A stretch of DNA of 64,000 nt from Candidatus Magasanikbacteria bacterium RIFOXYB2_FULL_38_10 (GTDB lineage Bacteria > Patescibacteriota > Patescibacteriia > Magasanikbacterales > UBA10003), in NCBI GenBank assembly GCA_001783145.1, contig MFQT01000017.1, positions 30,119 through 94,118 of the forward strand, in the 5' to 3' direction. Shown here one piece after another: positions 37,996-47,550 of the stretch. Numbering within the stretch: the first letter of the stretch is position 1; every line of letters starts with the position of its first letter. The translations under genes were made by a program, and so were the position numbers. The notes beneath the pieces are model-generated. The model ran no database searches. It was given only the letters and a program-made list of their open reading frames with translations, and had not been told where the DNA came from.

Positions 37996-38784
37996 ATGTT
38001 TCAAAAAAAAGTTATTTTAATTTCTTTTTTATTTTTTTTTATAGTTATTTTTTTTCATTATCAAGGTTGGTTTGTCACTGTGGAAACAGCCTTGCAGACT
38101 ATTTTGGGGAAGGGTAGTCGGGGAGTTTATACTTTTAATAATGATATTAAAAATTATTTTGCGCGTTGGGTTAGTTACCGTAATCTTTTTGAAGAAAATA
38201 AAAAATGTTTAGAAAAAATTTCCTCTCTATCAATAAAACAAGGAGAATTGGCGCAAATACAAGATGAAAATAAAATTTTAAGGTCCTCGCTCAATTTTTT
38301 AAAAAAAGAAAATAATTTTGTCATGGCTAATGTTATTGGCAAGGCTCCCGACCCAATCAACAATGTTCTTTTAATTGATAAAGGCTTAAAAGATGGTTTA
38401 AAAGAAGGTTTGGGAGTTTTAGCAGAAGAAGGCATATTAATTGGCAAAATAATTAAAGTGGAAGAAAAAAATTCTCAAATAAGAATAATTACTGATAATG
38501 AGAGCAAGATTGCTGTTTCCATCCTTAATCCGGATCAGGCTTCTGGAATTATGTCCGGTGAACATAATTTACGGTTATTGTTAACCATGATTCCTCTTAC
38601 TGAAAATATAAAGCCTGGAGATAAAGTGGTTACTTCTAATTTAGATTCTGGTATTAAAAAAGGGATGTTAATAGGACAAATCGAGTCTGTTCAAAAAGAA
38701 CTTTACCAGCCTTTTCAAAGTGCTATTGTTAAGCCGGCAGTTGACTTAAATAAGTTAAACATAATTTACGTTTTATTGGATTAG
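37996..38784 (+). CDS. mreC: rod shape-determining protein MreC
   Basis: N-terminal TM helix, a coiled coil (ENKILRSSL) and beta-rich C-terminal domains. Sits after mreB. Confidence 0.75.
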   Translation: MFQKKVILISFLFFFIVIFFHYQGWFVTVETALQTILGKGSRGVYTFNNDIKNYFARWVSYRNLFEENKKCLEKISSLSIKQGELAQIQDENKILRSSLNFLKKENNFVMANVIGKAPDPINNVLLIDKGLKDGLKEGLGVLAEEGILIGKIIKVEEKNSQIRIITDNESKIAVSILNPDQASGIMSGEHNLRLLLTMIPLTENIKPGDKVVTSNLDSGIKKGMLIGQIESVQKELYQPFQSAIVKPAVDLNKLNIIYVLLD

Positions 38785-38788
38785 GTCT

Positions 38789-39313
38789 ATGTTTTGGCGT
38801 TTTTTGTTATCCTTTTTAATAATTTTTTTAGCTTTTATTTTACAAATTGGTTTAATTGTTTTTTTGCCAACGCCTTTTTCTTTTATAAATATCGTTTTTA
38901 TAATTTTAATTCTTAATAGTTTTTTTAACAAAAGAAGCTCCACTAATTTTTTTTTGATTCTTTCCGCCGGATTATTAAGTGAAATGTTCGCTCAAATTTT
39001 CGGAATTTTCACTTTTTGCCTTTTAACAACCTTTATTTTATTTTTTTGGATAGCAGAGCATTTTGTGACTAACAAAACCAATATTGCCCTGGGTCTTTTA
39101 AGCATCTTTGTTTTTTTTGTCTTTAACTTTTTAATTTCTTTTTTTAGTTTTTTACTTAATCTTAAATTTGGTTTAGCTATAAATTATTCTTTTTTAAATC
39201 ATTTGCAAACTGCTTGGACGGGGGCCTTGGTAAATACACCATTAATTTTAATAATTAATCTTTTTAATTCCAAATTTGAAAGATTAGTAAAATCATTTGT
39301 GATTATTAAATAA
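38789..39313 (+). CDS. mreD: rod shape-determining protein MreD-like membrane protein
   Basis: 174-aa polytopic protein between mreC and the PBP2 gene. Confidence 0.5.
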   Translation: MFWRFLLSFLIIFLAFILQIGLIVFLPTPFSFINIVFIILILNSFFNKRSSTNFFLILSAGLLSEMFAQIFGIFTFCLLTTFILFFWIAEHFVTNKTNIALGLLSIFVFFVFNFLISFFSFLLNLKFGLAINYSFLNHLQTAWTGALVNTPLILIINLFNSKFERLVKSFVIIK

Positions 39314-41352
39314 TGAAAAAGTTTTTATTTTGGAAATTGAGGCGTTCTAGAGATCACAACCCCTTTTTAATTCAAGAGGGTAAAATTTTGGATGAAAATA
39401 TTGAAGAGATAAGCAGAAAACGCTGGGTAGAAGATGCTTGGATACCACGCCAAGAAGAAAAAGGCGCCCCGTCGACCCTTTCTGAATTTATTGGAAAGTC
39501 CACTAGTCAAAAACGAATTAAAATGGCATTGTTAGGCATATTTTTAATTTTGTTTTGTATTTTATTACGTTCTTTTTATTTACAAATATTAAATGCAAAT
39601 AAATTTAGAAAATTGGCCGAAAATAATCGTTTGCGTTTTGAGCCGATTATTGCTGAAAGAGGAATCATTTATGACCGCAATTTAGTTCCTTTGGTAAGTA
39701 ATGTTCCATCTTTTAATCTAATTTTATTGCCCCAAGACTTACCTAAGGACCAGAATAAAAGGAAAGAAACTTTAAATAAAATTTCACAAATTAGTAATTT
39801 AGATTATTTTAAATTAGAAGAGAAGTTACAAAATACCAATTCTTCCTTTTTTCAGTATATTAATTTGATGGAAAATTTGGATTATGATAAGGCGCTGTCT
39901 CTAATTATGCAAGGAACTGATGTGCCGGGTATGGGTATTGAACAGGTTTATAATCGGCATTATCTTTTTTCCCCCGAAATTAAAATTTCCCCCTCAACTT
40001 CAGATTTTTTATCAAATAAAAAAAATCAAAATTCTATTTTGTCCCTATCGCATTTGTTGGGTTACACCGGTAAAATTAATAAAGATGAATTACACAATAA
40101 TCCAAATTATTTATTGACGGATGATATTGGTAAAACGGGATTGGAAAAAACTTACGAAAAAGATTTAAGGGGAGAATACGGTGAAAAAGCCATTGAAGTT
40201 GATGCCTTGGGTAAAGAAAAAAATATTATCAAGGTATTTCCTCCTGTTGTGGGAAAAAATTTAGTGTTAACTATTAATCTTGAATATCAAAAAAAATTAG
40301 AAGAATTTTTAACTGGGCAGCTCAAGGCTTCTCAAAAGCAGAAGGCGGTTGCAATACTAATGGATCCTCATAATGGAGAAATTTTGGCCCTAGTCAATTG
40401 GCCATCTTTTAATAATAATTTCTTTGCCTCGGGAATTAGTAATGAAGATTATGAAAAATTAATTAATGACGACAACGATCCTCTTTTTCCCAGGGCTTGG
40501 AGTGGACTCTATCCTTCCGGCTCAACCATTAAGCCTTTATATGCTGCTGCGGCATTAAATGAAAGAGTAATTGATAAAAATACCAGTTTTTTAAGCGATG
40601 GAGGAATTAGGGTAGATAAGTGGTTTTTTCCTGATTGGAAAGCTGGCGGACACGGCGTAACTTCGGTGCGCAAAGCTATCGCGGAATCAGTAAATACATT
40701 TTTTTACTATATTGGAGGTGGTTATCAAAATTTTTCTGGACTAGGGCTAGAAAAAATTATTACTTACCTGCAAAAATTTAAGTTTGGCGAAAAATTGGGA
40801 ATAGATTTACCGGGAGAGGCAATGGGATTCATTCCCAGTCGTGAGTGGAAGCTTAAAACAAAAAAAGAACAGTGGTATATTGGTGATACTTATAATTTAT
40901 CAATTGGTCAGGGCGATTTGTTAGTGACACCTTTGCAAATTGCCAGTCTAACCGCGGCCATAGCTAATGGCGGAAAAATTTTTCAACCTCATCTTGTTTT
41001 AGAATTTTCAGATAATATTACAAAAAAAACTAATAAAATCGAAATTAAAACTTTGGCTACTAATCTAATTCCTGATGAATACCTGAAAGTGGTTCGAGAG
41101 GGTATGAGACAAACGGTTACTTCTGGTAGCGCTCAATCTTTGGCAAATTTGCCTATAACTGTAGCAGGGAAAACAGGTACGGCGCAATGGTCCCAAAACA
41201 AAGAAAATCACGCCTGGTTTACTTGTTTTGCGCCTTACGAAAAACCCGAATTGGTTTTAACTGTTTTGGTAGAAGAGGGTGGGGAGGGGAGCAGTATCGC
41301 CGTACCAATAGCCAGACAATTCTTAACTTGGTTTGCTAATAAAAATCCCTAA
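39313..41352 (+). CDS. mrdA: penicillin-binding protein 2 (class B transpeptidase)
   Basis: SGSTIKP (SxxK), SVN and KTGTA motifs, an N-terminal TM anchor, and mreBCD context. Confidence 0.85.
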   Translation: MKKFLFWKLRRSRDHNPFLIQEGKILDENIEEISRKRWVEDAWIPRQEEKGAPSTLSEFIGKSTSQKRIKMALLGIFLILFCILLRSFYLQILNANKFRKLAENNRLRFEPIIAERGIIYDRNLVPLVSNVPSFNLILLPQDLPKDQNKRKETLNKISQISNLDYFKLEEKLQNTNSSFFQYINLMENLDYDKALSLIMQGTDVPGMGIEQVYNRHYLFSPEIKISPSTSDFLSNKKNQNSILSLSHLLGYTGKINKDELHNNPNYLLTDDIGKTGLEKTYEKDLRGEYGEKAIEVDALGKEKNIIKVFPPVVGKNLVLTINLEYQKKLEEFLTGQLKASQKQKAVAILMDPHNGEILALVNWPSFNNNFFASGISNEDYEKLINDDNDPLFPRAWSGLYPSGSTIKPLYAAAALNERVIDKNTSFLSDGGIRVDKWFFPDWKAGGHGVTSVRKAIAESVNTFFYYIGGGYQNFSGLGLEKIITYLQKFKFGEKLGIDLPGEAMGFIPSREWKLKTKKEQWYIGDTYNLSIGQGDLLVTPLQIASLTAAIANGGKIFQPHLVLEFSDNITKKTNKIEIKTLATNLIPDEYLKVVREGMRQTVTSGSAQSLANLPITVAGKTGTAQWSQNKENHAWFTCFAPYEKPELVLTVLVEEGGEGSSIAVPIARQFLTWFANKNP

Positions 41353-41421
41353 ATTTAGCTAATTTATTAAAAATCTAAAATCAAAGTGACTAATTTGTAA
41401 TACAGACTATTGGTGTAAATA

Positions 41422-41450
41422 TTGACAAAAATTGAAAAAAATTATATAAT
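41422..41450 (+). promoter_or_regulatory. consensus sigma70-type promoter upstream of greA
   Basis: TTGACA (41422-41427), a 17-nt spacer, then TATAAT (41445-41450). Confidence 0.6.
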
Positions 41451-41506
41451 ATTTTCACTTAAATTAACCGGCCCTAAGAGGACGGTCTTAATTTTTAAAA
41501 AATACT

Positions 41507-41974
41507 ATGGCTGATGAAGACAATTTAACTTATTTAACTCCGGAGGGTTTAGAAAAAATTAAATCTGAAATATCTTCCCTTAAAAATAAGCTTCACGAAG
41601 TGTCTGAGCATATAGAAAAAGCTAAAGAATTGGGTGATCTTTCAGAAAATGCAGAGTATCACGAAGCTAAAGACGATTTTGCCTTTACTCAAGGTAGAAT
41701 TCAAGAGTTGGAAGCAATAACTATGAGAGCACAAATTGTGCCAAAAAGCAGCCGGGACATGGTTAGCATTGGCTCCTCGGTTAAGATTAAAAGTGACAAG
41801 GGGCGCGAATCAGAATATTCTATTGTTGGTTCTAACGAAGCTGACCCTTTACGTGGAAAAATTTCTAATGAGTCACCCTTGGCTTTGGCTTTTTTAGGCA
41901 AAAAAAGAGGGGATAGGGTAGAAGTAAAAACTCCCACCGGTTCCACCGGTTATCAAATTTTAGAAATAAGTTAA
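41507..41974 (+). CDS. greA: transcription elongation factor GreA
   Basis: LTPEGLEKIKSEISSLK...GDLSENAEYHEAKD coiled-coil finger plus the C-terminal FKBP-like domain. Confidence 0.9.
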   Translation: MADEDNLTYLTPEGLEKIKSEISSLKNKLHEVSEHIEKAKELGDLSENAEYHEAKDDFAFTQGRIQELEAITMRAQIVPKSSRDMVSIGSSVKIKSDKGRESEYSIVGSNEADPLRGKISNESPLALAFLGKKRGDRVEVKTPTGSTGYQILEIS

Positions 41975-41988
41975 ATAAAATAATATTT

Positions 41989-42021
41989 AAAATAAGCTCC
42001 ATTAAATAGGGAGCTTATTTT
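41989..42021 (+). terminator. rho-independent terminator after greA
   Basis: AATAAGCTCC pairs with GGAGCTTATT around an ~8-nt loop, followed by a T-rich tail. Confidence 0.65.
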
Positions 42022-42128
42022 AAATATTTAATCTTTTAATTTGCTTGATCTTTATCTTAAAATGGGCTATAATCTTTAAAAGGCCGTTTGATAAATTTAA
42101 AACAAAAAACGGATATTATTATAATAAT

Positions 42129-43622
42129 ATGTCTGAAGAAATGCAAAAAACAATCATTGAAGAAACAGGAGTTAGATTAAAAAAATTAGAAGAGATTAAA
42201 AAGCTTGGTTTAAATCCCTTTCCTTCTTGGGGTGATCTTGAAAGAAAGAAAATTAAAAATGTTGTTGAAGATTTTGAAAGATTATCAGAGCGTCAAGAAA
42301 TTATTGAGGTTGCCGGTAGATTAAGAGCTATTCGAGGCCATGGCGGTTCCACTTTTGCCCATCTAAACGATGACACTGATAAGATTCAAATATATTTTAA
42401 AAAAGACGAAGTAGGTGATGATGTCTATGATTTTTTTTCTAATTTAATTGACGTTGGAGATTTTGTCGCTGTCAAAGGTTCTTGTTTTATCACCAAAAGG
42501 GGAGAAAAAACCTTATTAGTTAAAAGCTGGCAATTGCTTTCTAAAAGTCTTTTACCCTTACCAGATAAATTTCATGGTCTGTCTGATGTGGAAATAAGAT
42601 TTAGACAGAGATATCTAGACCTTTTGTCTAATCCCGAAGTTAAAGAAAAAGCTCTAAAAAGAATTCAAATTGTTAAGAGCACTAGAGATTTCTTTGATAT
42701 GGAAGGTTTTGCAGAGGTAGAAACACCGATCCTGCAACCACTTTATGGCGGCGCTACGGCTAAACCTTTCATTACCCACCATAACGCCTTAAATACCGAC
42801 TTATATTTGCGTATTGCTCCAGAACTTTATCTTAAAAGATTAATTGTGGGGGGGTTTGAAAAAGTTTTTGAAATTGCCCGTTGTTTTCGTAATGAGGGTA
42901 TAGATTATAGCCATAATCCAGAATTCACTCAAATAGAATTTTATTGGGCTTATGCCACTTATGAAGATTTAATGAAACTGATGGAAAAGTTTTTTTCTTA
43001 TCTTTTACCAAGATTAGGAATGGGCTTAAAGTTTGTTTATCAGGGACAAGAGATAGATATGACACCGCCGTATCCAAGAAAGACTTTTCGGGAACTTTTA
43101 ATAGAATATGCCAAGATGGATATTGAGGAATTTTTAGAAAGCGCCGATCTCTACGTTTGGTCCAAAAAACAAGGCTTGGAATTGAATAAAAAAGATGGGC
43201 GCGGCAAAATGTTAGATGACATTTATAAACATTTTGTTAGACCTAAAATTATTCAGCCGTTGTTTATGACAGATCATCCGGTAGAATTGTCGCCTTTAGC
43301 AAAACGTCAAGAAAAAAGTCCGGCTTATGTGGAAAGAATGCAGCTTTTAGTGGCGGGTGGCTTTGAATTGTGTAATGGCTTTTCCGAATTAAATGATCCC
43401 TTGGATCAAGAAGAAAGATTAAGAGAACAAGAAGAATTAAGAAAAAAAGGGGATGAAGAGGCACAACGTTACGATGAAGATTTTGTCACAGCTTTAAAGC
43501 ACGGTTTGCCCCCTACAGCGGGTTTAGGCATGGGAATTGATAGGTTGTCCGCCTTATTAAGTGATTCACACAATTTAAAAGAGATCATTTTATTTCCCAC
43601 GCTGAAACCGGAAAATAAATAA
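42129..43622 (+). CDS. lysS: lysine--tRNA ligase (class II)
   Basis: OB-fold N-domain and class II motifs (FRNEGID, GLGMGIDRL). The ATG at 42129 (MSEEMQK) is preferred over the longer ORF from 42045. Confidence 0.9.
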   Translation: MSEEMQKTIIEETGVRLKKLEEIKKLGLNPFPSWGDLERKKIKNVVEDFERLSERQEIIEVAGRLRAIRGHGGSTFAHLNDDTDKIQIYFKKDEVGDDVYDFFSNLIDVGDFVAVKGSCFITKRGEKTLLVKSWQLLSKSLLPLPDKFHGLSDVEIRFRQRYLDLLSNPEVKEKALKRIQIVKSTRDFFDMEGFAEVETPILQPLYGGATAKPFITHHNALNTDLYLRIAPELYLKRLIVGGFEKVFEIARCFRNEGIDYSHNPEFTQIEFYWAYATYEDLMKLMEKFFSYLLPRLGMGLKFVYQGQEIDMTPPYPRKTFRELLIEYAKMDIEEFLESADLYVWSKKQGLELNKKDGRGKMLDDIYKHFVRPKIIQPLFMTDHPVELSPLAKRQEKSPAYVERMQLLVAGGFELCNGFSELNDPLDQEERLREQEELRKKGDEEAQRYDEDFVTALKHGLPPTAGLGMGIDRLSALLSDSHNLKEIILFPTLKPENK

Positions 43623-43623
43623 T

Positions 43624-44049
43624 ATGCAAAAAGTGATGGTTTTTGGTTCTTTTGATATCCTTCATAAAGGACATGAGAAATTTTTTAAGCAAGCACATAA
43701 ATTCGGAGATTTTTTGTTGGTTTGTTTGGCTAGAGATTCTACAATCAAAAAGGTAAAAAAAAATGACCCCATTTTTCCTGAGAAAGAAAGACTGTCTAAT
43801 TTAAAAAAGACAGGTTGGGCGGATAAAGTTATTTTGGGGGACAAAAAAAATTATTTTAAGCCAATCTTAAATTTTAAACCACAGGTAATTTGTTTAGGTT
43901 ATGACCAATTTTTTTTTATTAAAGAATTAGAGGAGGAAATTAAAAAAAAAGGTTTAAAAATAAAAGTCGTTCGATTAACTAGTTTTAAGCCCCATCTTTA
44001 TAAATCATCACTATTAAGAAAAAAATATGTTAGACATCAAATTTATTAG
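43624..44049 (+). CDS. cytidylyltransferase-like nucleotidyltransferase (RibL/TagD-type fold)
   Basis: FGSFDILHKGH is the (H/T)xGH nucleotidyltransferase motif. 141 aa. Confidence 0.55.
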   Translation: MQKVMVFGSFDILHKGHEKFFKQAHKFGDFLLVCLARDSTIKKVKKNDPIFPEKERLSNLKKTGWADKVILGDKKNYFKPILNFKPQVICLGYDQFFFIKELEEEIKKKGLKIKVVRLTSFKPHLYKSSLLRKKYVRHQIY

Positions 44050-45310
44050 AGATAATTTAAAGTTAGTCAAACAAAATAATAAAAATAAAAAAGTAGATGT
44101 GGATGTAGAAAAAATGATTGAATTGGATAGCCGGAGAAGGGAATTTCAAATTGAATTGGAAAGCCTTAGAAACGAAAAAAATAAAATATCAAAAACTAAA
44201 CCCAATGAAGTGGAAATTCTTGAAATGAAAAAGATGGGTGAAAAAATTAAGAGTTTAGAAAGTCAAATTAAAGAGATGGAACCGCAAGTTGAAGAGATTT
44301 TATTAAAAATTCCTAATCTTGTTCATGAATCAACCCCGGTTGGCCCTGATGAGAGTGGTAATAAAGTTTTAAGAGAGGTGGGAAAGAAACCGAAGTTTTC
44401 TTTTAAACCAAAGGAACATTGGGAACTGGGTAAAGAGCATGATTTAATAGATAATGAAAAAGCTGCACAAATTGCCGGGTCTCGTTTTACTTATTTAAAG
44501 GGAAAACTAGCCCTGCTTCAGTTTGCCTTAATTAATCACGCTTTAAGCATTTTGACTGACAAAGAATATCTTAAAAAAATAATAGAAAAAAATAATTTAA
44601 GTGTTGTTGACACTCCCTTTATACCAATTATCCCACCGGTTTTTATTAAACCAGAAATTTTTAATAAAATGGCAAGATTGGAACCAAAAGAAGAGCGTTA
44701 TTATATTCCCAGCGATGATTTGTTCTTAATAGGTAGCGCCGAGCATACCTTAGGTCCTTTGCATATGGACGAAACAATTGATGAACGAATTTTGCCAATC
44801 CGCTATGTGGGGATTTCTTTAGCTTTTCGTCGCGAGGCGGGATCTTACGGCAAAGACACTAAGGGTATTTTGCGAGTACATCAATTTGATAAAATAGAGA
44901 TGGAATCCTTTTCCTTGCCGGAAAAATCAACTGAAGAACAGAATTTTTTTGTTGCCATTCAAGAAGAGTTAATGAATACACTAAATTTACCCTACAGAAT
45001 AGTGCAAATTTGCACAGGGGATATGGGAGGCCCGGATGCTCGACAGATTGATTTAGAAACCTGGATGCCCGGTCAAAATAAATACCGTGAAACGCACACC
45101 TCCGATTTAATGACAGATTATCAGTCTCGCCGTTTAAAAACCAAATATAAGAAGATTGATGGTACTACCAACCTGGTTCATATGAATGATGCTACAGCTT
45201 ATGCTGTTGGGCGCACTTTAATTGCTATAATGGAAAATTATCAGCAAGAAGACGGGATAATAATTGTTCCGGAGGCACTTCGCAAGTATGTAGGGTTTGA
45301 AAAAATTTAG
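44027..45310 (+). CDS. serS: serine--tRNA ligase
   Basis: N-terminal coiled-coil arm and class II core (FRREAGS, TGDMG, NDATAYAVGRTLIAIMENYQ). Confidence 0.9.
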   Translation: MLDIKFIRDNLKLVKQNNKNKKVDVDVEKMIELDSRRREFQIELESLRNEKNKISKTKPNEVEILEMKKMGEKIKSLESQIKEMEPQVEEILLKIPNLVHESTPVGPDESGNKVLREVGKKPKFSFKPKEHWELGKEHDLIDNEKAAQIAGSRFTYLKGKLALLQFALINHALSILTDKEYLKKIIEKNNLSVVDTPFIPIIPPVFIKPEIFNKMARLEPKEERYYIPSDDLFLIGSAEHTLGPLHMDETIDERILPIRYVGISLAFRREAGSYGKDTKGILRVHQFDKIEMESFSLPEKSTEEQNFFVAIQEELMNTLNLPYRIVQICTGDMGGPDARQIDLETWMPGQNKYRETHTSDLMTDYQSRRLKTKYKKIDGTTNLVHMNDATAYAVGRTLIAIMENYQQEDGIIIVPEALRKYVGFEKI

Positions 45311-45323
45311 TATCAAAATAAAT

Positions 45324-46211
45324 ATGCTAAGCCGTCATAGTTATAAAAAATCCCGGCTTTTACATAATAAATTTAAGAAAAGGGATTTTTTAATTAAAAA
45401 ATTTAAAAATCCTTATTTTCTTAAAGATAGAATGCCGCGTCGGACCAGGGCCCCACGTCTAAAACTTGCCTTAGGTGTCCTAAGTTTATTGGGGATTGTG
45501 ATTATTTTTTTAATACATCCCTATTTTTTGATTAATAAAATAGAGATAGACGGAGCCCAAACTATTTCCGAAGAATTTGTAAAAAATTTAGCGGAAAAAG
45601 TGATGTCTAAGAAAAGATTTTTATTTTTTAACGGCCACAATATATTTTTAGTTGATTTAAATAAAATTAAAGAGGAAATCAAAAATAAAATAGTTTTGGA
45701 AAATTTAGATGTAAATAGTAAAAGTCAGCGATCCTTACAAATTAAAATTAGTGAAAAATCCCCCAAGCTTATTTTACAAAGTAATTTAATAAATGCATCT
45801 TCCACCATTGCTAATTTTTTTTCTTTAGATTCCGAAGGTAAAATAATAACAGAGGCGAATAAATCCGATAACCTAACTCTACCGGTTATTATTTTTGAAA
45901 AAAATCCTCCTAATTTTTCTTTAAATAATCAAATAATTTCCCAAGCGACAATTGAATTTATTTATTTCTTAAATAAAAATATTGATAAAGTAAATAATGT
46001 CAACATCAGCCATTTTTTAGTAGACGGGATCAATGAAAGGGTTATTAATGTACAAACTGATGAAGGGTGGAAGATAATTTTAGATCGTCAAAATGATTGG
46101 CAAAAACAAGTGCAAGTTTTAAATCTTTTATTGCAGGAAAAAATCAAAAAAGAAAGAAAAAGCATAAAATATATAGATGTTAGGTATGAAAATAGGTCCT
46201 ATTATCAATAA
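45324..46211 (+). CDS. FtsQ/DivIB-like cell division protein
   Basis: Basic N-terminus, one TM helix and a POTRA-like IEIDGAQTISEEFV segment. Assignment is moderate. Confidence 0.45.
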   Translation: MLSRHSYKKSRLLHNKFKKRDFLIKKFKNPYFLKDRMPRRTRAPRLKLALGVLSLLGIVIIFLIHPYFLINKIEIDGAQTISEEFVKNLAEKVMSKKRFLFFNGHNIFLVDLNKIKEEIKNKIVLENLDVNSKSQRSLQIKISEKSPKLILQSNLINASSTIANFFSLDSEGKIITEANKSDNLTLPVIIFEKNPPNFSLNNQIISQATIEFIYFLNKNIDKVNNVNISHFLVDGINERVINVQTDEGWKIILDRQNDWQKQVQVLNLLLQEKIKKERKSIKYIDVRYENRSYYQ

Positions 46212-46260
46212 TGAATTGGTATAGGGAAGGCTGTAGAGGACTAGTTTATTGAGTTTAAGT

Positions 46261-46290
46261 AGTGTCGCACAATATACCTTATGCGACACT
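46261..46290. terminator. hairpin between convergent genes
   Basis: AGTGTCGCA (46261-46269) pairs with TGCGACACT (46282-46290) across a 12-nt loop. There is no clear T-tract. Confidence 0.45.
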
Positions 46291-46357
46291 GTATTAATAA
46301 ATAAGATGGACAAGCTGTAAACTCCAACCCTTTCTTTTGATAATAAAAATCCACATT

Positions 46358-47548
46358 TTATTTTAAATAATCCATTGGGTCTACGGGTAAACCGTTAACT
46401 CTAACCTCAAAATGTAAATGTGGACCGGTAGAAAAACCGGCCCCGGGAGTGCCTGGCATGCCACCGCTGTAGCCAATTATGTCACCTCTAGCCACATAGG
46501 AGCCTTCTGAGGCGTTAAAGCGTGATAAATGGCCATATAAGGTGGCAATACCGTTATTATGAATAATCATTATATTATTGCCGTAAGATTTGCTATTATT
46601 TCTTACCCACGCCACATAACCTGAAGCCGCCGCCCTTAAGGCAGTTCCTGTCTTAATTGGTAAATCAATACCGGTATGTTCAAAAAGGTATTTAAAGGGA
46701 TAAGTGGAATCTCTAAAATAAGTAGATATGCCTTTAACCGGATCTGCCGGCCAAGAAAGTACGGACGGGTTGGTATCTAGTTTACTGTCTTTATTCAGTT
46801 CTTTTTTTAATTTGTTTTGCAAATTAATGATCTCTTGGTCAAAAGAGCTCTGTTCTCGCTTTAATTGTGCCAAAAGAGACTTAAACTTACTTTCTGAGAG
46901 TTTTGTCTGATTAAGTAGATAACTATTAGCCTCTTTTTGATTATTAAGTGAAGCATTATGGTCTAAAAGTTGCTTATTTAATTTTTGAACTTGTTGCTTT
47001 TTGGCTTCGGTAAAATTTTGTTTATCTTCTAAATCTTTTTTTTCGGTTTTTATTATTTTTAAGACCTGGGTTATTTGACTATTAATATCCTCTAAATATT
47101 TTAATTGATTAAAATATTCTGAAAATGAGGGGCGGGATAAAATAACATTTAAATAATCCCTTTGATCGTTGATGTTGATTTGACGTAAAAGATTTTGGAT
47201 ATAGTGCTTTTGTTTCTCAATTTTTTCCTTTTTTTCGGTGATATTTTGTCCCAAAGAATTAATCTCTAAATCTAAAGATTCAATTTGCGTTTCTGTTAAT
47301 CTTATGTCCAGCCCTGCCTTGCTAATTTTACTTTTTAAAATAGCCAATTGATTACTAAGATTGACAGCTTCCTTTTGTTTAGATTCTATGTCTTTTTGAT
47401 AAACGTTTATTTTATCTTGCAAAGTTTTAATTGAGTCCTGTTTTTCTTTAATCTGTTCACTAATGTCATCAGTAACTGAAGATAAGGCCCTATTTATGGG
47501 CCAAAATATGAAGAGTAAAAAGACCATAACAAGCAGGGTCTTTTTCAT
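46358..47548 (-). CDS. M23-family peptidoglycan endopeptidase with a long coiled coil (EnvC-like)
   Basis: Signal/TM N-terminus, ~250 aa of coiled coil, and a C-terminal HTGIDL...GPHLHFEV LytM domain. Confidence 0.8.
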   Translation of the reverse strand: MKKTLLVMVFLLFIFWPINRALSSVTDDISEQIKEKQDSIKTLQDKINVYQKDIESKQKEAVNLSNQLAILKSKISKAGLDIRLTETQIESLDLEINSLGQNITEKKEKIEKQKHYIQNLLRQININDQRDYLNVILSRPSFSEYFNQLKYLEDINSQITQVLKIIKTEKKDLEDKQNFTEAKKQQVQKLNKQLLDHNASLNNQKEANSYLLNQTKLSESKFKSLLAQLKREQSSFDQEIINLQNKLKKELNKDSKLDTNPSVLSWPADPVKGISTYFRDSTYPFKYLFEHTGIDLPIKTGTALRAAASGYVAWVRNNSKSYGNNIMIIHNNGIATLYGHLSRFNASEGSYVARGDIIGYSGGMPGTPGAGFSTGPHLHFEVRVNGLPVDPMDYLK

Positions 47549-47550
47549 AA